From: Prasinococcaceae sp. CCMP 1430
Taxonomy: Eukaryota > Plantae > Prasinodermophyta
Assembly (NCBI GenBank): GCA_013416795.1
Contig: RQSC01000150.1
Span: forward strand, 1-55,775
Direction of reading: 5' to 3'
DNA length: 55,775 bases
Below, in pieces: positions 9,552 through 20,519 of the stretch (within the stretch, counting starts at the first letter, position 1; every line of letters starts with the position of its first letter). The position numbers were made by a program, and so were the translations under genes. A model generated the notes under the pieces. It worked only from the letters and a program-made list of their open reading frames with translations, was not told the origin of the DNA and did not search any database.

Positions 9552-11744
9552 ATGGCGGCCCCCGCGGCCGTTGCGGTCGACTATGGCGACCTGCGCGAGA
9601 AGGCCGGCGAGTTCCTCACCCAGTACCAGCCGGCCACCGCCCCGGTCGACACGGACCCCAAGTACCGCGTCATGATGCAGGAGGTCGCGAACCGCTCGCT
9701 GCGCGCCTTCGACGTGTCGCTCGAGGACCTCGAGGACTTTTGCGAGAGCGACACCACGCTCATCGACGCGGTGACGACCAACGCGCGCCGCATGACCACC
9801 ATCTTCGAGCAGGCCATCGAGGAGCTGCTGCCGCCGCCGTCCGTCAGCGGCGCGGAGATCGAGCGCGACACGATCGACGTGCTCAACGAACAGCGCAAGC
9901 AGGTGCAGGCCGACAACGAGGAGAACGGGGAGGTCGTGCCCGGCAAGGCGGAGACGCAGCTGCCGTCGGCGCTCACGCGCCGCTTCGAGGTGTACTTCGT
10001 GCCCGGCAGCATGGGCAAGGTCAAGGCGCTGGCGCTGCGCGACGTCAAGTCGGAGCACATCGGCCAGCTCGTGACGGTCAAGGGCATCGTCACGCGCGTG
10101 ACCGACGTCAAGCCGCAGCTGGCCGTCGCCACGTACACGTGCGACGAGTGCGGCGCCGAGGTGTTCCAGGAGATCACCGCGAAGACCTTCACGCCCACGC
10201 CCAAGTGCCCGAGCTGCGGCACGGCCGTGCCGCCGAGCCTGCAGGCGCGCGGCTGCGCCCTCGTGAAGTACCAGGAGGTCAAGATTCAGGAGATGACCGA
10301 GCACGTGCCCATGGGCTCGGTGCCCCGCTCGATGATGGTGCAGCTCACCGGCGAGCGCACGCGCACCGCCTACCCGGGCGACGAGGTCTCCATCACCGGC
10401 GTCTACCTGCCCGTGGCGTTCTCCGGCTGGAAGGGCATGCGCGCTGGCCTCATCGCCGACACCTACCTGCACGCCACGGACGTGTACCAGCACAAGGGGC
10501 AGGTGACGGCCCACATCAGCGAGGAGGAGGCCGCCGAGGGTGTGGCCGCCCTGCGCGACGACGTCGACCGCTACGACAAGCTCGCGCTGTCCATTGCGCC
10601 CGAGATCTACGGGCACGAGGACATCAAGAAGGCGCTGCTGCTGCAGATGGTGGGCGCGCCCACGCGCGTGATGAAGGACGGGATGAAGCTGCGCGGCGAC
10701 ATGCACATCTGCCTCATGGGCGACCCCGGCGTGGCCAAGTCGCAGCTGCTGAAGCACATCTGCCGGCTGGCGCCTCGCGCAGTGTACACGACGGGCCGCG
10801 GCAGCAGCGGCGTCGGTCTCACCGCGGCGGTGCACAAGGACCCCATCACCAGCGAGTTCGTGCTCGAGGGCGGCGCGCTCGTCCTCGGCGACAACGGCAT
10901 CTGCGCGATCGATGAGTTCGACAAGATGGAGGAGGGGGACAGGACGGCAATCCACGAGGTGATGGAACAGCAGACCGTGTCGATCGCCAAGGCGGGCATC
11001 ACGACGCGCCTGAACGCGCGCACGGCGGTGCTCGCGGCGGCGAACCCGGCGTACGGCCGCTACGACCTGCGCCGCACCCCCGCGGAGAACATCGCGCTGC
11101 CCGCGGCGCTGCTCAGCCGCTTCGACCTGCTCTTCCTCATCCTCGACAGGGCGGACCCCGAGCTTGACGGCATGCTGGCACGCCACATCCTGCACGTGCA
11201 CCGCAAGAAGGCCGCGCCGCCGCTCGACTTCGAGCCGGTCAACGAGCACGCCATGCGCGACTACATCGCGGCCGCGCAGGAGATCAACCCGACGGTGCCC
11301 GAGGAGCTCGCCGACTACCTCGCGGCGACCTACGCCAACATGCGGAGGGAGGAGGTGGACGCGGGCGCACAGACGGCCACATACTGCACCGCGCGCACGC
11401 TGCTGTCAATCCTGCGCATGTCGGAGGCGCTCGCGCGCCTCCGCTTCAGCGAGGTGGTGGAGCAGGGGGACGTGGACGAGGCGCTGCGGCTCGTCAAGAT
11501 GTCGAAGATCAGCCTCGCCTCTGACGAGGACGAATCGCAGGCGGTCGACTACGTGAGCGCCCTCTACCGAATCATCCGCGATCACGCCGTGCTCAAGGAT
11601 GGCGCCGTGCCGTACTCCACCTGCAAAGAGCTCGCCATGCGCTCCAACTACGCCGAGGAGCAGCTCAACGAGACGCTCGACATCTACGCCAACCTGAACG
11701 TCTGGCACTTGGGCGCCGCTCGCGACGTCACGCTCGTGAACTAG
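9552..11744 (+). CDS. MCM7: DNA replication licensing factor MCM7, intronless
   Basis: YTCDECGAEVFQE Zn finger, ICLMGDPGVAKSQLLK Walker A, CAIDEFDKM, ALLSRFDL, CTARTLLSILRMSEALARL. Confidence 0.97.
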   Translation: MAAPAAVAVDYGDLREKAGEFLTQYQPATAPVDTDPKYRVMMQEVANRSLRAFDVSLEDLEDFCESDTTLIDAVTTNARRMTTIFEQAIEELLPPPSVSGAEIERDTIDVLNEQRKQVQADNEENGEVVPGKAETQLPSALTRRFEVYFVPGSMGKVKALALRDVKSEHIGQLVTVKGIVTRVTDVKPQLAVATYTCDECGAEVFQEITAKTFTPTPKCPSCGTAVPPSLQARGCALVKYQEVKIQEMTEHVPMGSVPRSMMVQLTGERTRTAYPGDEVSITGVYLPVAFSGWKGMRAGLIADTYLHATDVYQHKGQVTAHISEEEAAEGVAALRDDVDRYDKLALSIAPEIYGHEDIKKALLLQMVGAPTRVMKDGMKLRGDMHICLMGDPGVAKSQLLKHICRLAPRAVYTTGRGSSGVGLTAAVHKDPITSEFVLEGGALVLGDNGICAIDEFDKMEEGDRTAIHEVMEQQTVSIAKAGITTRLNARTAVLAAANPAYGRYDLRRTPAENIALPAALLSRFDLLFLILDRADPELDGMLARHILHVHRKKAAPPLDFEPVNEHAMRDYIAAAQEINPTVPEELADYLAATYANMRREEVDAGAQTATYCTARTLLSILRMSEALARLRFSEVVEQGDVDEALRLVKMSKISLASDEDESQAVDYVSALYRIIRDHAVLKDGAVPYSTCKELAMRSNYAEEQLNETLDIYANLNVWHLGAARDVTLVN

Positions 11745-12019
11745 GCAGGAACACACAGAGGCGGGCGCGCCGCCCGCCGGCGCGTCGGCGCGGCAGCTGG
11801 GGGGGTGATTATATGATAGAGTAAATACGGACTTGTCGACACCGCGCGGCTGCTGCGCCCGGCGGCGGCGCCCCTCTCGATGCCGCAGACCTTGAGAGCG
11901 AGCGGACGGACCAGCCACCGCCCGCGGCGGATTCGCAGCATCAGGTGTGCGTGCCCCCCCCCCCCCCTCCCCCTGAGGGGGCGAGGACAGGCGCCTCGCA
12001 CCGGCCGCCGTCGGTGTAG

Positions 12020-12200
12020 CTTCCCATCCATGGTCAAGGTCGTCGAGGCCGACGCCAACGCCGGCTGGAACCAGTTCAAGAGCAAGGCGGCGCAGTTCCC
12101 CGACGGCTGGACGGTGCAGGACACGCTCACGGGCACGCTCTTTGCCGCCGAGCTCTACGCGTGGTCGTGCGTGGGCGAGTGCGTCGGCCGTGGTGCGTAG
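12020..12200 (+). CDS. ATP20: Mitochondrial ATP synthase subunit g, central/C-terminal exon only
   Basis: SFPSMVK...TLFAAELYAWSCVGECVGRG resembles the plant-type subunit g C-terminus (ALF..E.YAW.C.GE.VGRG). An AG acceptor lies at 12018-12019. The N-terminal part and the final ..TGY are not found nearby. Confidence 0.72.
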
Positions 12201-12323
12201 CGCCGGCCCTGCGAGCCGCTCAACTCCCCACGCGCGCGGCCTGCCCGCACCCCATTGCCTGCCGCCGGTGCCATTGGCCCCACCTGGCTTCGGCGCGCGC
12301 GCGCCGGCGGGCGCCGCGCGCAG

Positions 12324-13130
12324 CGGGCGGCAAGACCGGAGTGCTGTTTGTGTGCTTGGGCAACATCTGCAGGTCGCCCACGGCGGAGGCGGTCTTCACG
12401 TCGGTGGTGCAGCGCGCTGGCCGCGAGGAGGAGTTCGACATCGACTCGTGCGGAACCGGGGGCGGCTCGAGCAATTGGTGGCAGCAGGGCGGCTTTAGCT
12501 ACCACGAGGGAGAGAGCGCCGACGCGAGAAGTGCGTGCGCAAGAGAGGCGCACTGGGAGCGCGTGCGGGCGCGCATGCGCGCGGCGGGCATGCCTCTGAC
12601 GCGCGCGGACCGCGCGCTGTGTGTGTCGTAGTGACCGACGCAGCCTCGCGGCGCGGTGTGAAGCTCACATCGCGCTCGCGCCCGCTGTGCCCGGAGGACT
12701 TCGACCGCTTCGAGTACATCGTGTGCATGGACGCGAGCAACCGTACATCGGTGATGCGCGCAGCGGATGGATGGGAGGGCGAGGGGCGCGCTGCCAAGGG
12801 CGAGCTCAGGGCCAAAGCAGAGGAGAGGACGCGCATGATGCACACGTTCTGCTCCAAGTACAACGTGGGCGAAGTGCCCGACCCCTACTATGGTGGCGCC
12901 CAGGTGCGACGGCGCGTGTGCGCGAATGCGCGCGCGGGGACGCTTGCCCGCGCAACGACGTGTGGCAGTGCACGCATGTCATGCGCAGCGCTGACAGCTT
13001 CTACCCCACTGCCTGCTACGGCGCACTCGCATCGGTATGGCCTGGGTAGGGTTTCGAGACCGTGCTCGACCTGCTCGATGACGCCGGCGAGGGGCTGCTT
13101 GCCCACATCGACTCCGAGCGCGCGCAGTAG
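12324..13130 (+). CDS. Low-molecular-weight protein tyrosine phosphatase, introns 12531-12631 and 12904-13049; no own ATG
   Basis: VLFVCLGNICRSPTAE active-site loop, IDSCGTG, VCMDASN, VPDPYYGG..GFETVLDLLDDA. Confidence 0.92.
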
Positions 13131-13654
13131 CTGGCCAGCATGTCCTCATCTCCCACCCCCCACACCCCACCGAGCCGCAGTTCGTCGGTATTTGCAGGCG
13201 CGGCCGCGCGCGCGCGCGCTGTGCTGTGCTGCTCGCAGTAACTCTGAGACAAAAGCAGGCCCGCGGTGCGCGCCGAGCAGGGCGCGTTCGGCTCGGCATG
13301 TGCCCTTGCTGGCGACGCACGCTGTACCCGTTCCGCTGCGTGCCGGCGTGCCGCGGACGCCGCATGCGCACAGCGTCAGCATCAGCGCCGCAGCGAGATG
13401 ACAGGCGCCGCATCGCAGTCACGCCGCCTCGCGGGTGGTCGGGCGCCTGTCCGCGCGCAGGTCCTCCCTGCCTCGCCATCCTTGCCATTGTCCACCCTCC
13501 CGATGCCGATGCGGGGAGCACTTTGGCCCAGCGCCCCGCAGTGTTTCAATTCGGTGCGTGCTGGGAGACATGAGCTGGGCGGGTGCCACACCTGAACGGG
13601 GTGGTGGTGGTGGTGGTAGTGGCGACAACAGGACGGGCGCGCGCGGCGGATGCG

Positions 13655-15745
13655 ATGTCGACCGACGTGGGAGCGCTCCTGGAGAGAGTGAGGAAGCTGC
13701 GCAGCGCGGCTGTGTCGGCTGTGGAGTCTCCACCGCCATCGCCGCATCGCGCGCCACCATCGCCGCTGCGGGCGCCGCTGGCGCCGGTGCCGGCCGCCAG
13801 CAGCGCCAGCCTCAGCCCCGCCGCGCAGTCGCGTGCGCGCGTGGAGGCGGCGCTCGCAGCCCGTGCTGCCACGAAGAAGGCAGAGGCACCTGCGGAGGCG
13901 GAGCTGCGTGCCTCGGCAGACGCCGCAGCAGCGTCGCATGCACGCGTTGATGCGGCGCTCGCCGCACGGGCGGCGGCGCGGCGTGTCGCGCAGACGACGT
14001 TCACAGCCGCGCCACCCCGGCGCGATCCCAACGCGTCGCGGCAGCCCGAAGCGAGCTTTGCGATTGTTGCGCCAAGACACCGACCTCCATCCGCTGGATC
14101 CCGCCCGCGATCCGTGCCGGCGCCCGCGCCGAGCAAGGCGCTGCTGCGCCTCGTCCAGGCGGAACCCGCGCATACCAGCAGCAGCGGAGGTGAAGAGGAG
14201 CTGCTCGCAATGGAGTGGTCCGAGGTAGTCAAAGCGAATGGTGACGAGCGCGCTTGGGCCGCGATTGGCAATGGCGTGTACGACTTGTCCGCTCCGTCGT
14301 CGAACGCGGCCGTACTGTCGCTTGCACCTGGCGCAGTCGAGGGGCTGCAGCGATACGCTGGCGGCGATGCCACATCCGCATTTCTCGAATACACGCGCGG
14401 CGCGGAGGAGGCGGGTGTGGCCGAGGCTCTGCGCGGCATGCGTTGTGTGGGTCGACTTGTAGCGCCGCGCGCGGGGGCTGGTGGCTTTGCAGTCGCGCAG
14501 CGCACGCTCGGCGCTACTGCGCGCGCGCTCGCTGCGCTGGAGAACGACCAGGCCGTGAGCACAAGAGGCGGCACGAAACGCTCCCATGACACCGACTCGG
14601 CGCTTGCAACACATCGGCGGCTCTTGGCCGCCCTTCGGTCGCCGCTTTTCACGCACGACCTTGCGTGCGTGCACGTCTCGCTGATGGCCCCAGACCCCCC
14701 GACGGCGCACATCGACATCCTCACCTTGATTCAACGTTCCACTGCGGGCCTGCCGGCTGATCCTGCGCGCGCGCGCCCGCATGACGTGGTTGCGGCGCTT
14801 GCGGCCGGAGCACGCCTCCTGGCTGATACCAAGCGCGCGCTTGTGGAGGCCCTCTGCTCTCTTGAAGCTGCCGGCGCAGGCGAGAGCCGACGCGACGGCA
14901 CACGAACGGCGAGGCGCCGCCGTGGGGCAGCGCTCGCGCGCGCGTGCCGCGAACTCGAGCGCGTCCCGGCCATCGTTGAGGCAGGCGTGGCAGACATCAT
15001 GCGCGCGATGCGCCCGCCGACGAAGGTGGCAGAGCAGGAGGGCACGGCGCGCGAGGGCACGGAGCAAGAGGGCTCGGCGCGCGAGGGCACGGAGCAGGGG
15101 CGCCCGCGGCAACAGAGAGCACACGCCACTCAGAGAGCGCGAGGGCAGCGAAAAAGCCAAAAACACCAACACAAGCAGCGTGTGCCGCGACTGACGAAGC
15201 TAGAGGGGATCGTGCGGCTGGTGGCCCATGCGTTGGACAAAGCAGAGGCGCGCGCTCGTGGCGGCCCACACTCGGCTGCTCTGAGCGTGCTCGGCCGGTC
15301 GGAAACGAGTGCGAATGACGGACTCGAACGTGACACGGAAGTGCTCTTCGCGGCGTGCGGCACGCTCGAGACCGCCGCGCCGGGGGCGCTGCGGCGCAGG
15401 CTGGGCCCGTTCGGAGCCGAGGCAGCTAGCCGCGTGGCGGATCGCGCGCAACTACGCGCGCTCTGGGACTCCCTTGACACTCGAGGCAACGGCACGCCCA
15501 CGCGTGCCGCTGTCGGCGCGCGTCTAGCGGCGGGTGGCACGTTGAGTCGCCGTGCCGAGGACGCGCTAGGCTTCACCTACCGTCGCTTTGGCGTGCTCGA
15601 CACAGCTGCGCGCGCGGCCGGTGTGCCTCTTTGGGACGCTTTCTTCGCTGCGTACGCGCGCGAGCCGCGAGAGCGCGCCGCGCGAGCCGTGCAGCGCTCC
15701 TTCCGTGGCGCGCGACCACGGCGGCGAGCGCGGGCGCTCTTCTGA
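13655..15745 (+). CDS. Low-complexity protein with cytochrome b5-like domain, C-terminal EF-hand-like and IQ-like motifs
   Basis: WSEVVKANGDERAWAAIGNGVYDL...YAGGDATSAF (b5-like); LWDSLDTRGNGT (EF-like); AARAVQRSFRGARPRR (IQ-like). Confidence 0.62.
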   Translation: MSTDVGALLERVRKLRSAAVSAVESPPPSPHRAPPSPLRAPLAPVPAASSASLSPAAQSRARVEAALAARAATKKAEAPAEAELRASADAAAASHARVDAALAARAAARRVAQTTFTAAPPRRDPNASRQPEASFAIVAPRHRPPSAGSRPRSVPAPAPSKALLRLVQAEPAHTSSSGGEEELLAMEWSEVVKANGDERAWAAIGNGVYDLSAPSSNAAVLSLAPGAVEGLQRYAGGDATSAFLEYTRGAEEAGVAEALRGMRCVGRLVAPRAGAGGFAVAQRTLGATARALAALENDQAVSTRGGTKRSHDTDSALATHRRLLAALRSPLFTHDLACVHVSLMAPDPPTAHIDILTLIQRSTAGLPADPARARPHDVVAALAAGARLLADTKRALVEALCSLEAAGAGESRRDGTRTARRRRGAALARACRELERVPAIVEAGVADIMRAMRPPTKVAEQEGTAREGTEQEGSAREGTEQGRPRQQRAHATQRARGQRKSQKHQHKQRVPRLTKLEGIVRLVAHALDKAEARARGGPHSAALSVLGRSETSANDGLERDTEVLFAACGTLETAAPGALRRRLGPFGAEAASRVADRAQLRALWDSLDTRGNGTPTRAAVGARLAAGGTLSRRAEDALGFTYRRFGVLDTAARAAGVPLWDAFFAAYAREPRERAARAVQRSFRGARPRRRARALF
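15032..15097 (+). repeat. 30-bp coding tandem repeat (EQEG[TS]AREGT), ~2.2 units
   Basis: GAGCA(G/A)GAGGGC(A/T)CGGCGCGCGAGGGCACG repeated. Confidence 0.85.
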
Positions 15746-15870
15746 GGCGCACGGGCGGACGATGCAAGCTCGGGCAGTCGCGGGGCTCCGGGGGGTGGGA
15801 GCGTCAAAAGTTGTCGCAATCGTTCTTATTTATTATTGTCCCCTCGCACGTTGCCGCGTGCCCGTCGATG

Positions 15871-17745
15871 TCACCTGAGAGGTATGCGCCCCGCGCGCCG
15901 CGTGTCGTCGAACAGCCTGCTTACGTCACCGGCGCGTGCAGTGAGTGCCGCGCGGGCGCGCCGCAATCCCTCGCCGTACACTGGATCTGTGTTCGCGCGC
16001 ATCGCTTCCAGCCGAACACGTGCAAGACTGGCGTCCTCCGGCAGCCGCGCGCGCGACGCGCGCTTCTCCAGCCACAGCGAGCAGAGCAGCTCGCAAAGCC
16101 CCTCCTCATCCACGGCCGCCAACGCGGGAAAGTGCGACGTGAACATGTGCACATGGCCCAATTCGTGCGCAAACACGGCTGCGGCGTGCTCGGTGGTAAG
16201 GCCCTCCCAGAGGTACACGCAGCGCACGCGCTGCGTGCATCGGGAGGTCGCATGCCGTCGCAAGCGTCGGCGCCGATGCGCGTCGTCAGCATGACGAGAG
16301 GAGGCAAAGACAAGGCGTCCAAAAGGCACGCGCGACGCGCGCGATGCGCACTTGGGCCAACGTGCGTGCCTCACCTTGACTACCACCACACCGCCCTCTC
16401 GCTCGGACTGCGTCACCGTGAGACCAAGGCACGGCGCAGGGACAACACTCGGAGCGTCATGGCCAGAGCCCGCGTACGAGAACCCACGGGTGTGCTGCCG
16501 TTCGCGCGCGCTTGTCGCAGTGACGTCGAGCGCGTCGCCGCCAAAGAGCCCGACCCCCCTGCGCCCGGGCGAGTGGTTCGTGAGCAGAGAAGTTTGTCGC
16601 GTGCGACCGGGTGCGTGGAGGCGCTTGGAATGCGCGAAGCTTCCCGCCAAGCGCTCGGGTGCGCTTCCGTCTCCGAGTTTCGTGAGCGGCGCGCGGCCGT
16701 GGCCCGACGCAGAGACGGTGCCGCCGCTGGCATGCTTTCGCATCAGCTCCGCGAGCGTGTCGAGCGATACCAACTCGACTGGCGCTGCCTGAACCATTGC
16801 GACGCCTGTGCTACCGCCGCCGCTCCCCGCGCGCACATCGTCCTGTGCGCACTCGAACGATGTGCACATGCTGAGCCCCACCTCCTCGGTGAGGAAAGCT
16901 AGGGCGTTGTGGACGACCTGTGCGAGCGATCGCGCGCGCTCCGCCCGCGGCATGTGCGCGAGCGCGCCTGCGACGCAGTGCTCGCAAAGCCGACGGCCGT
17001 CGTCGTGGGCATCGCCTCCCACCAGCGCACGCGCGCGCGCGCTGCCGCCACCACCATGGCCCGCCGCGGCGCCCCGCCCGCCCGCGTGAGGCGCGCCTGG
17101 CAGCGGCAGGAAGCGGCTGCAAGCAAAGCACTCGAAGGCGCGCCGCGCTCCGCTGGTCGTGTGGCGCACGCTCCCGGCCTCCTGCGGGCCAAAATCCCCG
17201 CTTGGAGCGCGCGCAGCGCGCTCCGCTCGGACGTGCTTGGCGCACGCCACCTGCCCCCAGCCGTTGCGCACGACCTTGCAGTTGACCAGCGGGCTGTCGC
17301 ACACGGCGCAGCGCCGGGCGTGATTCGAGGCGTGGCAGCCCACGCACACTGGCGCGCCGGGCGCGCCCTGGGGCGCCGGGCGGCGCACGAAGGGCGTTGG
17401 CTCGCCTGTTCGCGCGTCGGTGCCGCTCAGGAGCGCGCCGCAGTCCGCACAGCGGAAATGCGATGGCTTCCACGCGCCCCCGAGCGCGAGCACGCGCTCG
17501 CCGGGCACCGGCTCGTCGCAGCCGCATGCGCAGCGCGGCGCGAAGAGCTCCGCGTAGTCCTTGGCGCAGTACGGGAGCCCTCCGTGCCGCACGAAGCCCT
17601 TCTCCAGCGAGCGCCCGCAGTGGCTGCAGCGGAAGCACCCCCGGTGGTAGCGGCGGCCGCAGTCCACCAGGTAGCTCGTCCCTGGCTCGAAGGGCGCGCC
17701 GCAGCCGCTGCACGCGCCCGCGCCGGTGGGCGCCCCCGCGCTCAT
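15871..17745 (-). CDS. LIM-domain DA1-like zinc metallopeptidase, intron 16231-16374
   Basis: Three LIM domains (CSGC..HRGCFRCSHC..YCAKDY; CACGC..WKPSHFRCADC; CAVC) and a Cys-rich linker. DA1 C-terminus AVFAHELGHVHM..EEGLCELL..TDPVYGEGLR. Start could lie upstream (frame open to 18054). Confidence 0.85.
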   Translation of the reverse strand: MSAGAPTGAGACSGCGAPFEPGTSYLVDCGRRYHRGCFRCSHCGRSLEKGFVRHGGLPYCAKDYAELFAPRCACGCDEPVPGERVLALGGAWKPSHFRCADCGALLSGTDARTGEPTPFVRRPAPQGAPGAPVCVGCHASNHARRCAVCDSPLVNCKVVRNGWGQVACAKHVRAERAARAPSGDFGPQEAGSVRHTTSGARRAFECFACSRFLPLPGAPHAGGRGAAAGHGGGGSARARALVGGDAHDDGRRLCEHCVAGALAHMPRAERARSLAQVVHNALAFLTEEVGLSMCTSFECAQDDVRAGSGGGSTGVAMVQAAPVELVSLDTLAELMRKHASGGTVSASGHGRAPLTKLGDGSAPERLAGSFAHSKRLHAPGRTRQTSLLTNHSPGRRGVGLFGGDALDVTATSARERQHTRGFSYAGSGHDAPSVVPAPCLGLTVTQSEREGGVVVVKVRHARWPKCASRASRVPFGRLVFASSRHADDAHRRRRLRRHATSRCTQRVRCVYLWEGLTTEHAAAVFAHELGHVHMFTSHFPALAAVDEEGLCELLCSLWLEKRASRARLPEDASLARVRLEAMRANTDPVYGEGLRRARAALTARAGDVSRLFDDTRRAGRIPLR

Positions 17746-18527
17746 GCCGTCCGCGCCATAGGCTGGCTGGTCGCGCCGGGGGAACGCACCGCGATGGCCC
17801 GGCGCGGGCGCGCGCGCGCGCGTTCCCGGCGCCCGCTCTGGCTCTGGCTCTGATCCGGACCCCCCCTCCTCCTCCTCTCGATCGATCGAGGACGCGCCGC
17901 CGCTCCCGTGATTGCTACGAGCGCGGTGGCTGCCGCAGCGGCAGCGGCGGGCGGCGCAGAGCGGCGGGCCGCGTGGGACGGCCCTGGCAGCGGCGCACCC
18001 GTTCCGTTCCCGTTCTGGCCACAGCAGGGGGAACGGCGTTCCATTCCATTCCATTCCAGCCAGGGTTTATTTTTTTCCACTCCCCCTTTCCCGATTTCTT
18101 CCAAGGGAGGGAGTGCTTCGGTCCCGGATGTGAGGATCTTTCAAAGCTCAGAGTAGCTAGATGCTGCGAAAGAACCAACCATTTGGGGCTTCGTATGCTG
18201 AGCGGGGGAAGAGGGTGTGCGCCCCGCGTCACACGCGCAACGCGAGCGCTCGGGGAACGGCGCACCATCAAAACGCATTGGGGATCTGCGCGCATTTGTT
18301 TTGTTGCATGCGTGCCGTCAAGGGGGCGGGGGGGGGGGAGGATGGGCGCTCGGGTAGCGTGACACGTATGTGAGGTGGTGGTGGTTTTAAATGCGGCGAG
18401 CTGTCGACGGCAGCGCTGGGCGGCGGAGGCTGCGGGGGTGGCAGAGGGGGCGGAGGGGGCGGGGCGGCCGCAGCGGGGGGGGGTGCGCGCGTATGCACAA
18501 GAGAAAGAAAGGGAGGCGGCGGCCGCG

Positions 18528-20519
18528 ATGGGCTTTAGCCGGAGCGAGGTGCTCGTTTACCTGCCCGCACTCGGCCTGCGGCTAGCACTCGCCACGTGCG
18601 CGTGGTGGGCGCTCGGCTGCCGCCTCGCTGGCGCAAAGAGCGCGCTCGCTGCCGCGCACCGCGGCGCGCCGCCCGCGGCCGCAGCCGCCGTGCGCACCGC
18701 CGCGTTCGGTTTCTTAGCGGTGTCGTGCGTAGCTGAGCAGCTAGGCAGCCTGGCGCAGGTGCCGGCGGAGATGCTGCACCCGCCGCCGCCGTTCTTCCAG
18801 GCGATGTACGCTCTGCCAGGGGCGGGCGCGCTGCTGGGCGCGCCCGCAGTGTTGGTGGCGCTTCATGCTGCAGGTGCGTCGCGGCGCCGCTCTTCGAGAC
18901 GTGTGTGCGTCCGCGCGTGTGTGCGCGCGCAAAATAAGCCCCCCCTCCTCGGCGCCTCTGATGGGTGCGTTGGATGACATGGTGCTCCAGTATTCTGACA
19001 CGGTCGGCCGATCGACGCACGCACGCACGCACGCACGCATTCACACACGCAAAAACGCACGTGCGCACGCGCGCACGCACACTCTATCACAAATCCAACC
19101 ACGCACCGACACGCAAACGGACCGACTCTGCGAGCAGCGCTCATGGCGTGTGTCGCTGCGGCTGCCGGCTGGCGCTCGCGCTTGTCGCTTCCTGCCGCAA
19201 CCATGCTCTACTTTGTGTTCGGCGGGCTCATCCGCGTGCCGTTCAAGTTCTTCCACGAGGGGCTCACACCCATGCTGATTGCTGCAGTCCTCGCATGTGA
19301 CGCCGACGCAGCGGCTGCCACCTTCAGCGCGGATGCCCTCGCGCGGCGCGTGGCCGTGGGCGATCACAGCAACTGTGGGTATCGTGCTCGGCCCATCGCG
19401 AGCACGGAAGAGCTGCAGCGGCGCTGTGGATGGCTCAAGCTCGCCGCGGCGGCGCTTGTGGCGTGGCTGTACCTGGCAGCGGGCGTCAGCAAGCTGGTCA
19501 ACGGCGGCCCTTTCTGGTTCGCCGCGGACAACATGCGTAACCTGCTGTTGCGCGACTCGTCCGAGCCCATGGGCTGGGACTGGGGCGTCGGGCCTTCCGT
19601 GAGCCGCCTGCCAGACGTGATACTCAACGTCATGGGACTGGGCGCGATGTGCGCCGAGCTAGGATACGTCCTTGTGCTAGTGCCGTGGCTGCCTGACATG
19701 GTGAGGCTCATCCTGCCGCTGGCCATGGCGGGCATGCACGTGGGCATCTTCTTCGCGCAGAACATCCTCTTTGGCGATATGCTCGTCCTCAACGCGCTGA
19801 TGGTCTTCTTATTGTGGCTTGAGCGCAAAGAAGCAGCAGTGAAGGCTCATCGAGGCCATGTGGACCAGTCGAGCACAGAGGCGAAAGGTCGGAGCCTCTT
19901 TGCGGTCGAGGAGGACGCCGTGGAAAAGGTGGCGCAGGACACAGACGATCAGCTTCCGCACTCCGACGTTGAGCACGCGGTAGAAGTGGGGGATAGCGCG
20001 CGCAAGGGCAAAGGCAACTATGGGGCAGGATCGAAGCACGAGCATGCCGAAAAACCGGCGACGTTGGCGGCGCGCGCGCTTTTCTGGATGCTGCTGGCGC
20101 TCGGTGCCTCGGCGGCCGTCGGCTTGGAGGCGTACCCGCTGACGAGCGTGCAGATGTACAGCTTCAAGGATGTGAGCGGCACGGTCTTGTACCATGAGCT
20201 GCTAGAGATGCCGGGCGAGGTCAAGTCGCGGCCCGAGGAGTCGGTGGCCATCCTCAAAGACGGCCGCTACCGTCGCGCGCTCCGCTCTTGCTTTGAGGAT
20301 GGCAGCGGCGAGGCTGCAGTACGCGGCACTGAGAGGGACGGTACGGACGGCGGCGGCGCCGAGTGCCGTGCACTGCTGGAGCTAGCAGCGCGCACCTCGC
20401 AGAGCCACGGCACGACCTGGGTCGAGGCGAGGCAAGTCCGGTGGGTCTTCCGCTCCGATCCCTACGGTGACAATCGCGAGATAGTGGCGCGCCGAATCCA
20501 ACATACACACACACAGTAA
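18528..20519 (+). CDS. HTTM-like polytopic membrane protein, intron 18874-19137
   Basis: YLAAGVSKLVNGGPFW, MHVGIFFAQNILF and EAYPLTSVQMYS resemble the HTTM/VKG-carboxylase-like clan. The intron restores the frame. Confidence 0.65.

Noticed and set aside
7613-11249. Long overlapping ORFs opposite MSI4 and MCM7 (likewise 21835-23154, 24081-25511, 48070-50937)
   Set aside because: Antisense or alternative-frame shadows expected at this GC and codon bias; no motifs.
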